A stretch of 64,000 nucleotides of DNA, taken from assembly GCA_026770705.1 (NCBI GenBank), contig JANJGN010000152.1, forward strand, positions 620,001 through 684,000, in the 5' to 3' direction. Under the pieces are notes generated by a model. The model saw only the letters and a list, made by a program, of their open reading frames with translations, did not search any database and was not told the origin of the DNA. The stretch is from Isurus oxyrinchus. Taxonomy: Eukaryota. Position 1 is the first letter of the stretch. Every line of letters begins with the position of its first letter. Positions 36,340-48,870 of this stretch are shown here, piece after piece. Both the position numbers and the translations under genes were made by a program.

Positions 36340-39300
36340 CGTTCTGCTGCCTGGAGCTGGGGGTTTATATGACGGGGAGTTGGAGACTGCAGCCCTGGAC
36401 TGCACTGGGAGGCCGGACCTCAGAGCTGGACTGAAAGATTTTAGGCACGAAAATTTGGCCACGCCTGCCGTTTAAATAAAACGAGAGTTCAAAGGGGCGG
36501 AGCTGTTGCACTCAGTCTGTTGCTGCTTCGGAACTCACGACCCCCAAATTCGGCCTCGTAACCCCACTGGGTGTCGCGTGACACGCAGTTTGGGATGCCC
36601 TGCTTAATGTGGGGTAATGCTGATTTGCAGAGGGCAGTATCCGCGAGATCAGTGGTGGGCCGCAAGGATCCACGGTCTCTGGTTGTGTGTTGCGTGAATA
36701 ACTCTCAGGCTGAATGAGGGAACCCTATGACTATCTTTCGCTTCATTGGAGCTGGATGTTAAATCCCCTTCCACATTTCTCTGTTGAACAGGGCGGTGTG
36801 AGATGGGCATGATTCTGTCAGTAGGTGCTGCTGCCCTCCTTCACGCTGTAGTAAGGAGCTGGGAGGTGGTTCCATGTGTATTTACTGTGTGGTCTTACTT
36901 CCACTCATTGCAATACTGCCGGGAATTCATTAACACCCTGAAGGGGTTGACGGGATCTGGGTTGAGTACCTGATCTGAAGGAGAACGCCTGAGGCGCCGC
37001 TGCTTCCCTCAGTCCAGCCTCTGAGGATCAGCTTGCAATATGATACAGCCCATTGACAACATCCAGGCAGATATATACAACATACGCGAAAAACAACCCC
37101 CCTCTCTCATTTAAACAAACGCTTCCCTTCTCTGTTTTGCATTTAAAATGATGTTTCCATTCAGTGAGGATTGGTTTCCAGTTCTGTAATATTCAGAATT
37201 ATCATTAACAGTGACAGATTCTGCGAGTAAAGACTCCAGGAAATAGTCGACTGCATTTCACAGAAACATATTCGATATTCTTATTGACATTCCAGCACAA
37301 CAGGGTATCCGCAATGTCCTAATATTCACCCAAATACGTGACTCTCATCATAGTGCCCGTTTTTTTACCATTTTTTGCTAATATCCACCAGGCTTTTTTT
37401 CCCCACCACCTATACCCATGCCGGGGTCCCGTAGTCGTGTTCGTGAGCCACCACCAGCACGCAGGTGCCTTGGTGATGACTGCAATGCTCCCAACTGCCG
37501 ATCACTGGGCTGAGTATGCGCAGACTGTCACATTCAAAGGTCCCGCTGAAACCCCCAGGGAATTCTGTGCTTGTTTTCCTCCGCCTCTGCCCGGAAAATA
37601 CCCCGGACAGACAGGTAAGTTCTCATCCTTAACTGGTGAAAAAAAATAAAACCCCTTCATGGTGTTTCTCTTCCACCAGAGTGTCTCAGTGCATAGAACT
37701 TTCTGTCACCTTACCCATAAACTGTCCGCTCAAGCTCCCACATTGGAGGCATATAAAACTCATAGTGCAGCGCCAACAGTCTGCTGTTATCTACACTGAA
37801 GGAATCCTGAGCGATTGTACATGCTGACTTTCTGGATGAGACGCTGAACGATGGACTCTGGCTACGCTCTCAGGTGGATTGCGAAATGTCTCTATTCAAA
37901 GATTTAAGAAAACAGCAAAGAATTCTCCCCAGTGACCTTGGCCATTATTTATCCTTCATTTAACACCACTGAAGACAGTTTTGTGCTCGTTATTCTCATT
38001 ACGTTTTGTGGAATCTTGCTCTGCCTACCTTTTGCTGCCACGTTTCCTGCAAAGCAACAGGAAATTTCTAACTGGCTGTAAAGCCATTTGGGCTCCCGGA
38101 GGCCGGAAAGGACGCTCAGTAAATACCTGATTGTTTTTCCTTCTTTCTTTCATTCTTTCTCAGCACCAACTCCACACTGCAGAGACTCGATCTCTAAGTT
38201 TAGCCCTGATACTTAAAATAAAGTATTTGATAACATGAGAAGTCATTTTTGAGTTTTGATCCCGAATGTGCTGTCCGAAAGGAAGCTGGACCCAGACTAA
38301 ACAATAAATTCCAAATGGGAATTGGATAAATGCTGGAAAAGGGGGACTTGGTGAAAAAAGCAGAGGAGTGTAAGGAACTGCTAGTTATCTACTAATTCTA
38401 AAGGAAAATACAGCTAGAGTTATGGATTCAATCCATTCCTTTAAAACGTCATCTGTTGGAAAGTCGAAACAAATTTGCAATTTACTCATCAATACAATCA
38501 CGGCCGGCTTTCAGCTCATTTTTTAAAAGCCGGCAGTTTTTTTTTTTGCCCCCGCACTCCTATTCCCTACCATTCGTCCCTCCAGACATTGTAGTCCGAG
38601 GCCATCACCTAGTTCGCCGACTGGAGGCGCCTCTCCTGCTAACTGAATAGTTCTTTCAGAAACCCGGCAAAACGCAGTTGTCGATTGGCTTCACCCGATG
38701 CTGTGTGGGTGTAAACTGCGCTTTTCGCGACGTCAGGCCAACCGAAAAGTACTTCACGGTGGCTCTGGGGGCGAGAGGTTATCGGGGATTGGCAGGAATC
38801 TCAGGCCGAGGTTACAATAAAATCAGTCATGACCTTATTGAATGGTGGAACGAACTCGAGGGGCCGAGTGGCCTATTCCTGCTTCTAATGCGTATGTTAA
38901 CATGGTCCAGTGTAATATGAGCAGCGACAGGGAAGGTCTGGTATGATAGAATGAAAAACGGTTTCAAATGTAATATGAATAAAGATAAAAGGTGTCATGA
39001 CGTAATCACTGGGGTAGTATTTAATTTGACAAGAGGAGATGTGCTTTAATGCGATGGAGGCAATGTGTAGTTGATTAATACTAGGGCCAGCAAGTAATAT
39101 AATATGAACAAATCGTTTATAGTGGTGATCAGGCTGATGACTAACATATGGGGTGCAGTGACCTCTCGGCGACTCGATCACAGGCCCTCCTGCACGGGAA
39201 GTAAGTTTCCGTCAGGGTCTCCTCAGTAAATTCTCGGATTGTTGTTTCCGACAGATTACGCATGCCCCGTGAGCGGACAGAATCTGTGAACAGACTGGAG

Positions 39301-40489
39301 ACAGAATCCTGGTAATCCCAGGACGTGGGGACCCGTCAATAGCATAACCCATAAAAAAGGATTGAAATGAAGAGAAGGAAATTTAAAGAAATAAACTTTA
39401 CTGGCCCCCTGGAAGCAGGGAGCCATTACATTTTAACCCTGGAATCAAATATCACACGAAAAGAGAAATAGCCTCTTACAGATGCAGGATGTCAGTAAGC
39501 ACTTCCCAACTGGACGAAGTACCTTTCCAGTGTAGCCGCTGTTCTGATGTTAGTAATATTATTTACACAGTGGGCAGTGGGAATCTTTGATTCTCTGCCA
39601 GAAAGGGTTGTCTCTCTGACTCTTATAGTGGAGTGAAGGGATTTGAGTGTTCCGGTATTTTCCTGATATTTTGAAGTTGTGACCAATAGTGACCAAAATA
39701 TTCGGTCACGAAAAGATGAACTGGTCTCTCCCTCCCTATATCTCTCTCTGTCTCTTTGTCTCTGTCTCTCTGTCCCGCCCTCTATCTCTCTGTCTCGCTC
39801 TATCTCTCTCTTTTTCTCACTATCTCTCTCTCTCTCTCTCAATGCGATAACCTTTTACTTCGGACTATGCAATTATATTGGACCAAAAAATATAATGATT
39901 TATAGGCCTCAACCTCTAAGTATCTTCTGTAATTCACCTATCGATTCTTAACCTATATACACTATTGTTTACAGTATCATCTTACAACGCCAAAATATTT
40001 CCCGTATTCCCCAACTGTCACGTGTCAGAGCCGTGAACTGACGGCTTGCTACGTTTTCTGCAAAGATAAGGTCCTGGAGCGCCATGTAGTGGAATCCTGC
40101 CTGTAAAACAACGACTCTCAATTTATTCTCGAATATTGCTGAATGATATTGCTGGATCACTATTCTGCCACGTGATTATGGTTCTTGTAGCTTTAGTTTT
40201 ACTATTACTGGAAGTGCTATCTTTTCGATGTTTTGCGTATACTACCGTTACTAATTAATATTCATTCCTAGACTATTTGAGTCAATTTTCTGACGTGCCC
40301 ACGTCATTCGGACAGTACCTGTTCATTTGCATAGATAGGGGGGCATCTTGTTCATAAATTCATAAATCCGTAACTGATGAGGTTGTGATCGATCATTTCA
40401 GAAGAATGTAATGCTTGCAAACACCTTAATCATCAAAGAACGATGTCAATCAAATTTCAGGATGCCAGATATATATGAGCATACAAATA

Positions 40490-40765
40490 CCCCGCCGTCC
40501 AATAAGGTCATGTCTGATTTGATTGTAAACTCTCACCTAACCCCGGTTACCTTCCACTCCCTTGTTTATCAAAAATTGATCACCCTCTCCTTGAAAAGAT
40601 TCAAAGACCCTGTTTCCCCTGCCCTTTGAGGAAGGGGGTTCCAAACACTTACTCTTTCTGAGAGAAAATTTTCCTCTCATCTCTGATTTAAATAGGAGAC
40701 CCCTTATTTTTAAACAGTGACCCCTAGTTCTAGCTTTTCCCACAAGAGGAAAGATCCTTTCCATG
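40490..40765 (-). mobile_element. CR1 LINE 3' fragment
   Basis: RIFPLVGKARTRGHCLKIRG motif. Confidence 0.75.
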
Positions 40766-40933
40766 CGTGATTTATTTTTATAGAGGTCGTTAATCTGTAT
40801 GCTGTATTATTATGAAATAATAAAAAAACTATTTTTATTCAGTTACTCGGATGATGAACAGTTTTTTTTTGCAGAATCACTCCCGCTTCTTAAGCCCATG
40901 TCCCGATTGTCTCCCCAGTCCCCATGTCGAATG

Positions 40934-41190
40934 AGTTCTAGCGCAGTCTCCTCCCCTCCGTACCTCCACGTGTTTCACTGCATTGTTCTACACCGTAGCA
41001 ACTGAGAACTTAACCGAGTGAACGGTAAGAGTGGTAGAGCCTTTCACATGGTCCACAGATACTTTAAATCTTCATTCAACTCTTTCATCACTGAATATGG
41101 AGAAGAGATGCTCTGGGGGCGCAATTAGAGAATTGGCGGTGCAAGAATGTAAGTTCATTTGCAGCGAAAGTAGAGTTATGGTGTACTGGT
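40934..41190 (-). pseudogene. Strongly decayed TCR alpha/delta-like V
   Basis: ...RQFSN.APPEHLFSIFSD..RFKVSVDHVKGSTTLTVHSVKFSVATV*NNAVK; RSS CACGTGG-23-GCTAGAACT. Confidence 0.5.
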
Positions 41191-41229
41191 ATTATCCTTA
41201 CAATAGTGCTTTAAGAATCCGGGCTAACC

Positions 41230-41505
41230 CTTTGGGGGCTCCGGTTCGAATCCCGCTTTAGTGGAATTTAAATTCAATTTAAAAGTATAATGATGACCAT
41301 AAAACGGTTGTTATAAAAACCCATTTGGTTCACTGTTGTACTTTAGGGAGGGAAATCTGTCTTCCTTACCTGGCCTGGCCTACATGTGGCTCCAGGCCCA
41401 CAGCAATGTGGTTAACTCTAAAATGTCCACTGAACAAGGGCAATTTGGGAATGGGCAACAAATGCTGGCCTAGCCAGTGACGCCCACATCCCATGAAAGA
41501 ACAAA
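41230..41505 (+). mobile_element. tRNA-derived SINE
   Basis: ggttcgaatccc B-box followed by the shared SINE core and LINE-derived tail. Confidence 0.7.
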
Positions 41506-41668
41506 CATTTTTCCCCCCAAAACTGTCTCTCTGTGGATTTAGACAAGGACAAAAAGAGCAATAAAACTGCGGTAAATAGACCTGTCTGTTTTGCTTTTCA
41601 GGAACCAAGGATGAAACCCTTCCCATTCACAAAAGCACATAAGAAAGCTTATCGAAGCTGTAAGTTCT

Positions 41669-42236
41669 CGCTAAGGTATGGGGTTCTAGCTGTGATCTAA
41701 CGCTGTGCCTCATTGCAGAGTAATACACCGCCCCGTCCTCCACACTCAGTTCGCTTATGTTGAGGTAACCGTTCTTTCGAGACATGTCAGCAGCCGCCAG
41801 ATACCGTCCTGAAATTTAATTTTTCTTCAGTGCTAAGACATTGGTAATAATCCATCTTGGTGGCTGTGCCGTCTGCTGCCGATACCATTGCATGTAGTTT
41901 AGATTCCGATCTGTATATTCACAATCTAACTGCACCAAACCCCCTTCCGACACCGTTAGTGCGACCGGGGACTGAGTTACTGGATGTGCGCATCGTCCGC
42001 CTGTGAGGTAGAGGAATGAAATATCAAGCGGTTAAACAGTGTTGATCTCAATTTGTTTGTAGCTGTTTGGGTTTGCAGAACCTCCTATCTACCTAGTTAT
42101 CCATACTATGGATATTTCTGATCGTGAATTCTACTAAAAACTATCGCAATCTCTGTACACTAATCTACCGATCTGCCTTGATCAACTGAATCCAGTACTT
42201 ACTGTCGAACAGCACCGTCAGTATTATCAGCAACAT
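41669..42236 (-). pseudogene. TCR alpha/delta V pseudogene (leader 42203-42236, V 41708-42000)
   Basis: MLLIILTVLFD|gtaagt; HPVTQSPVALTVSEGGLVQLDCEYTDRNLNYMQWYRQQTAQPPRWII...KN*ISGRYLAAADMSRKNGYLNISELSVEDGAVYYSAMR; heptamer CACAGCG, nonamer decayed. Confidence 0.85.
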
Positions 42237-43349
42237 GTCAGACTGAATCTCTCTCAGCGAATGTGAATGGAATGAGCGAGAGATGGAGAAGGAGAGAGGG
42301 AACCCGGGCTCGGCCCAGCTCATTGTTCCTCCCGCACACTGCGGGGGGCAAGGCCCATTGTGACCTCACTCAGGAAACCATCCCTATTGGTTTTGCCGTT
42401 TCCACCACGTGACTTAGTGACGCCCATGCTTGAATTTGGCACCCTCCGCTGGTGATTTCGGTTAAATCAGTGTTCGGATGCGGCCGTTGAATGGACTCAG
42501 GGTTTATTGAAATACATATCAAGAAACGAATGCTCCCCAGGAATCTGAATTGGAGCTGTTCAGACAGTCATTGCGGCTGCTGATCTTTAGGTCGGGCGTG
42601 ATGTTAAATCTGTAGAAATGATTGCTGGAGTTCTATGTCCAAAGCCTGAGCACTACGAAGTAGAAGGAATGTCAAGATTTTGGAGAAAGTGCGGACGCTT
42701 CACATCAGAATGGCACCAGATATGTGGACGTTTATGCGAACAGACTAGGCAAACGTGGATGCTTATCCTCGCAACAAAGAAGGTAGAAGAGAGATTCAAT
42801 TGATGTGCCAAAAATTGTCCTTTATTCAGAGTAGAACTCAATTTCTTCCATTGTCAGAAGATTCAATAACCAAATCACCTCGATTTCATGAAAAGATTTG
42901 AGGGAAAGATCTGTTTTATTTATTACATTGTATATGATACCATCTTGAATACGATGCTTGAAATGTTGGAGAAAGAGGTTTCAATCATAAATTTCAATGC
43001 GGAATTGTCCTAATTTGGAAAAGGAAAACAACGTGGAAAATGCAGGCTCTGAAAGGCGATTGGGATCGGTCTTTCAAATAGACACAAATACGGTCCTCAT
43101 TCCATCCCCTAACTTACAATGCTTCTGCTCCCTTCCTGCCCATCGCGCACTATTTATTCTCAGTCACTTGATGAGTGAACAGGTGCAGGATGCTCACGGT
43201 CTCCTGGAGCTTCAACCGTCGCTATTTCCGCTCCAACACTTCCGGCTGCAGCTGTTCATCGCCGCGCACTTTGATCAGTCTTCAATCTCCTGTATCCTCG
43301 GCCATAGCTTCCGTTTGTTCCTCTCCTCAGGCCCGAATTTGCCAGAGAC

Positions 43350-43595
43350 AGTTTGATCTTTACTTGATTTGACAGGTTGATAGTTAATCGATCTGAGAGA
43401 CTTAAGTTGAAAAGTGAAGTACTTCCTGGAGGTGATGTGGCACATTAATCATATGTCTAGAATTAACACAAAAAGGCGGAAAAGAGTTTAATCTTTAATG
43501 GATCTGAGAGACAGTTTAATCTTTAATCTATCATGGGAGACAGTTTTCTCTCTAATTCATCTGAGAGACAGTTTGATTTTTAATTGATCTCTCTA
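43350..43595. repeat. Short dispersed/tandem repeat atctgagagacagttt
   Basis: Five or more imperfect copies. Confidence 0.6.
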
Positions 43596-44745
43596 TAGAC
43601 ATATATCTCTCTGTGTATGTATGCTTCTCCTTGTCCTCGTGTGCCTGTGCGTGCGTGCTTGAGTTGATGCACTTCAGAGTACGTGTTTGATTTTGCATGT
43701 CTGTGTGTGCACCTGCAAGTGCTTTTATGTATTTCTCTGTGTGCTAATCTCTGCGCGTGTCCATTGTGTGGGTCTGTGCCACCAGACTTTTTCCAATGCT
43801 GTGTGCGAGGCTTCGCCTGGACACAGCAGGGCTCTACTGGGACATTTGATGAAGAATTTTCAACCCAAATACAGTTGAATTAGGTCAGTAACTTTCTTAC
43901 TTTTGTGCTAATTCTGGATATGTGATTAATGGGCCACATTACCTCCAAGAATTACTTCACTTTTCAACTTAATAAAAAACAGGAGCGAATATTCCCACAG
44001 AGAGAAAAGACAGAGTAAAATAGGCAGAAAGTGATATCGAGAGAAAAAGAGGGAAACAAGTAGACAAAGCTAAAGGAGAAAGAGGAAGAGAGAGGGAGAA
44101 AAAAGTGGTATTGGGGGAGCGGGATATGGGGTGGTGTTGGCGGGGTGCAGAATGTGTGGCATTCTATGTAAGATCCCTCTTTATATCGGCTGAGTATTTT
44201 TCACGGTCATCGAGAAGCTTTTTTAACGGGAGACTCGAACACTGGTCAGAGAAAAACTTTAAATATTACCCATCATCGTTCCACATCAAAGATTGACCCA
44301 CTTAAAGAAACTATATCGGCTTCAATGCAGTTTTCATTATTCCACACTCCAGAGCGTAGTTGCTGAGTTTATGTTAGACTGAGGTTGCTAGATCTTTGGG
44401 TTTGAAGGGAAACAAGGGACCTGGATTTAGTGCAGGAAGGTAGATGAGAGTTAGATAGGTAGATTAGAGATAGCTGGTGCTGCAGGGTCGAGAGACCGAG
44501 TGCCCGACTCCAGCTCCTGTTTCATAAGTTCGTATGCTCTCTCTGCTTATTTGGAACTCTCTGGCGACACGGATTGAAGGAACTGTGAGCTGATTGGATG
44601 AACTGAAGGACAAAGAGCTGTGAGCTCAGTCAGGAATAAACCAGTCGGACGCGGGGCCGGATATTACTCAACATCTTCTTAACTCTTCACTAAAACAATT
44701 CTGGTTGGAATCAATCTATTCAAATCCGCCATCGGCTCTGCAAAC

Positions 44746-45260
44746 ATGTTGTCTGTTCATTCTTCACAGCTGCGATTCTCTTAACTGGTAAATTGCAAAG
44801 TTACGCAATTTTCATTTTGCAGGTTATACTGGCACAGTGATCTTCCTTTTAACTATGTTTCCTTTATTTGTAAAGGGCTCCGTTAACATGATAACCCTGA
44901 TTGTAACAGTGATAATAAGAAGTTGAAGTTCTGTACTTTGAATTTTCTGCAGACTCGGTGTTACAGGAGCCGGTTGCAGGGGCACAGTTTGAAGGAGACT
45001 CGCTGACCATTAATTTCAGCTATTCGACCACGTTTGGTTTCTGCTTATTGCAACTGTACCATCAGGAAGGCGAAAAAGCCCCCACAATATTGACCTGTAA
45101 CCGCAGAGGGCGCGGGGACTCGATTATCCGCATCTCTCGACACTTTCAGAAGTGAGGAGAATTTCACCAACCGCGACCTGCGGCTGCCTGACAGCGCAGT
45201 GTATTACTGCGGGCTGAGAGACACAGTGACAGGAACCAGACGGAGCCTTCCTCGTAGAGG
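44746..45260 (+). pseudogene. TCR alpha/delta V pseudogene (leader 44746-44787, V 44953-45221)
   Basis: DSVLQEPVAGAQFEGDSLTINFSYSTT...LQLYHQ.GEKAPT...SAVYYCGLR; CACAGTG at 45222-45228; frameshifts, nonamer decayed. Confidence 0.85.
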
Positions 45261-46499
45261 AACACTGCAGAAACGTGACCCGTTGAACGGAATGGCGGGT
45301 AGAGTGGGGAGGAACAGACTTTCAAAGCATATAACCGGAATGTGCTCATTTAAAGTAAATCCAAATAAATAACAAGCCGATAGCAACAGGTGCAGCATTT
45401 TGAATTTTTCCATTTAGATCGAATACATCCTGAGCATAATGTAAAATGTGTTCAGAAAAGTCATCCTATTTTTGTAAATTAAAGAATAAACGGCAGAAAT
45501 GCTGAGCAAAATAGTTGAGCTTATGTTCCAGCCGTTACAGAGGGTACACACAACACAAATGCAGCATCAGTTATATATCACTGAAGGGAGGCGCAGCAAA
45601 AAAGGACAAAGGCTTTGCATTTTCATAAAGCCTTACCTAGTGTGTTCAGATTTCCCAAAGCGCTTTCAGTGCTCAAACTTTCTGATACTTAAAAAAAAAG
45701 CTTTAGTATTCAGTCAGTTACCTGGTCATCTGTTCCGGTGCCTAGAACACAGCAGCCTGTCCTTGTGGATTATACAATCTATTAATCATTGTTCATCAGC
45801 TTCTAATCATGTCTTGAAAATAACCTCTTTGTGCCTGTTTATTTTATAGGTTCTTAATTTCAATATATGGAAACAACTAATATCGAGAGATGTTTAATCA
45901 GGTCATTATATTTATTCGGATTCTCCTCACCTAGTGGCCTTATGTCTCACTACTGGCTATTTCAACACAAAAGAAACATTTGTTCCTTTGCCATCAGTTG
46001 TTTCATGAACAGCAGTGCACTGATATAAATCGGCGCAGGCCACTTTCATGTGTTTGTATTCTCAATGGATATGGCGATCTCTCAGACATTCCCAAATAAG
46101 CAATAGGATTCTGCCCCCCACATTTAATACAGTAATCAGACTGAATCAATATTCAATGCGAGCGATTTAGATGGTGATTCCGTGGATTGTGCTCGAACAG
46201 AATGGATTGACGTGCCAGTGTCTGACCCGCTGTTATAAACAGCCCTCAACAGACAGCAGCTGTGCTCCAGAAAGTGAGACTCAGTGCACAGCAATAGACC
46301 GCGGTGTTTGACAGCCACAACTCCAAGATCGTCAATCGATACAACTGCTAGACTATATTAGAAAACCAGCTCTGAGCGAAATCCGCCTTAAATACTGAAC
46401 TGCCACCCGTGAGCCTCTGGACTGCAAATTCGGGCTGTCTGCCTGGGTACTGCCGGTACCAGCATAAGGAATCAGCATCGTCGGTACAGGGTGGCGTGT

Positions 46500-47165
46500 T
46501 GAAATGCATGTCCACCCTCTCATGCCCACATGTCCATCCTTGGCCTGCTGCAATGTTCCAGTGACGCTCAACGCAAACTGGAGGAACAGCACCTCATCTT
46601 CTGACTAGGCACTTTACAGCCTTCCGGACTGAATATTGAGTTCAACAATTTTAGATCATGAACAGTCTTCTCCATCCCCACCCCCTTTCCGACCCCCCTT
46701 TTTTCCAATAATTTATATAGATTTTTCTTTTCCCGCTTATTTCCATTACTTTTGAATGTATTTCCATCCATTGTTTTATCTCTATTTCGATCCCTTCCCC
46801 CCACCCCAACCCCACAAGGGCTATCTGTACCTTGCTCGTCCTGCTTTCTACCCTTAATGTCACCTATTAGCACATTTCTTATCTAATATCACCACCGTCA
46901 ACATCTCTGTGTCCTTCTGTTTATGACATCTTCTGGAAATCTCCACCTATCACTGGCCCTCTATCCAGCTCTACTTGTCTCCACCACCGCACCCCCCCAC
47001 CACCCCCCCCCCCCCCCCCCCGCCCCCCATTAAACGAGCTTATATTTCACCTCTCTTTTATTTTTCCTTAGTTCTGTTGAAGAGTCATACGGACTCAAAA
47101 TGTTAACTGGGTTCCTCTCTGCAGATGCTGTCAGACCTGCTGATTTTTACCAGGTATTTTTATTG
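46500..47165 (+). mobile_element. Penelope-like retroelement remnant
   Basis: Homologous in inverse orientation to 12930-13790. Confidence 0.5.
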
Positions 47166-47175
47166 TCATATTAGA

Positions 47176-47453
47176 TGGAGGTTCGGTGTAGTTATATTGT
47201 GAATAAAAAACCATGGATATTTACTACAGGCAATGGTAACGGCAGAAACCAACACATCCTCCAGGCTGGATAATCAGCAGAACAGTGGTGCTGAAAGAAT
47301 GCAAAAATCTCAGGACAATATCTGGTGGCTGCTGACAGGTCTACAAAGTCTGGTTACCTCAAAAAAAGCGGTCTGAGTATGAAGGCCAGCGCGGTCTATT
47401 ATGGCGCAGTGAAACACAGCGTCAGATAACAGCCAAGTCGCCGTATAAAATCC
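47176..47453 (+). pseudogene. TCR alpha/delta V pseudogene, 5' disrupted
   Basis: QW*RQKPTHPPGWIISR...SGQYLVAADRSTKSGYLKKSGLSMKASAVYYGAVK; RSS CACAGCG-23-ATAAAATCC (47415-47453). Confidence 0.8.
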
Positions 47454-48132
47454 TGAGCGACTACTCACAACACTGTCAAGTGTTCTTTTGCGCTTTTACC
47501 GGTGGGGAATTTGATCCCGAGGAAGCCCATGGAGAAAGATTGGTAGGTTTATTTCTCAAATTGTTGTATTACTCTCTTGGTCCTTTCCTACGTCAACAGG
47601 GAGCTTGGATGGAAATATTGAGATCTAACTCAATGTTTCGAGCTACACCTCCTCAGTAAATACCTCGGATCTCACCCGGAATATTAATGTGTCAGCAGAG
47701 CTAGAGAAAGTTATCAGGTATGCAGTAACTGCAGCCTAACATGATTATCTTTTCTTCCAGACCGTTAACCCAGAGGGATGCAGGAACTCTCACTCTCTCG
47801 CTCCCTCTTGCCTGTAACAAAGCACAGAATGCGCCAAAATTTAGGACTAGACTTAAACATGAAATACCCAATGATTATTTCAACACTGGCCCACTGAACA
47901 CATTTTCAGAAGGAACATGGGAGGCACATGGTGTCTTATTTCCATTTTGACAGGACATAAATGAATATTAAACGGATGTTGAACCTTCTGGTCTGATCTT
48001 ATAGTGTGAATTCTGATCTGGGCAGTATTCACTTATTAGGGGACTGAGGGCCCTTTTCCAGTCAGATTGTTATCAAATTCCCAGTTCTTTAATGAGGGCA
48101 GAGGCTACAAATTGTCGCCCTCTCCCTCAGAA

Positions 48133-48425
48133 GGCTTTTCTATGATCCTTATTGCGAGGTAACACCTTCTGTCTCAAACGAACAGAAATAGGTGGCACCG
48201 TCTGTCACTGAAGTGTTGCTAACATTCAGAGCACTTCACTATGCTAAATTGGGCCAAACTTTGATCCTTTTCCGATCGCTGGTACTTCTCGCCAGGTGCT
48301 GCACTGTTTAGTCCGGATATTGTCTGTACCATTGTAGGATCCGCCCTGCTACTGTGATAAAACACGTCAATGTTACAATGTCCCCTTCTGCAACAACCGC
48401 TTACTGTCATGTTCCATCACTGCCA
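48133..48425 (-). pseudogene. TCR alpha/delta-like V pseudogene
   Basis: AVVAEGDIVTLTCFITVAGRILQWYRQYPD*TVQHL...SALNVSNTSVTDGATYFCSFE; decayed RSS CAGAAGG-23-AGAAAAGCC. Confidence 0.7.
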
Positions 48426-48599
48426 GTTACATTAGATATAATGGCACATAATTAGTAAAATATAACGCAATTCCTTATAACATACAACAATAAAATACAA
48501 AATAACAAAATACATGTTGATAGAATACAGGAAAATGCAATCCAACAGAATATAGCATAATTATATTTTTATATATATCTACATATATAGACATATATA

Positions 48600-48870
48600 T
48601 AATTCGAACCCCGACAAATCCTGAAATTTGAATTCAATACAAATCTGGGAATATGACCATGAAACCACTGTCGGTTGTCGTAAAAACCCATCTGGTTCAT
48701 TTATACTCTTTAGGGGAGGAAATCTGCCATCCTTATTTGGTCTGGCCAACATGTGACTCCAGTCCCACAGCAACGTGGTGAACGCTTAAATACACTCTGA
48801 ACAAGGTCAACTAGGGAGGGATGGGTAATAAATGGTGGCCCGGCCAGCGACGCCCACACCCCATAAACGA
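48600..48870 (+). mobile_element. tRNA-derived SINE
   Basis: Homologous to 41230-41505. Confidence 0.7.
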
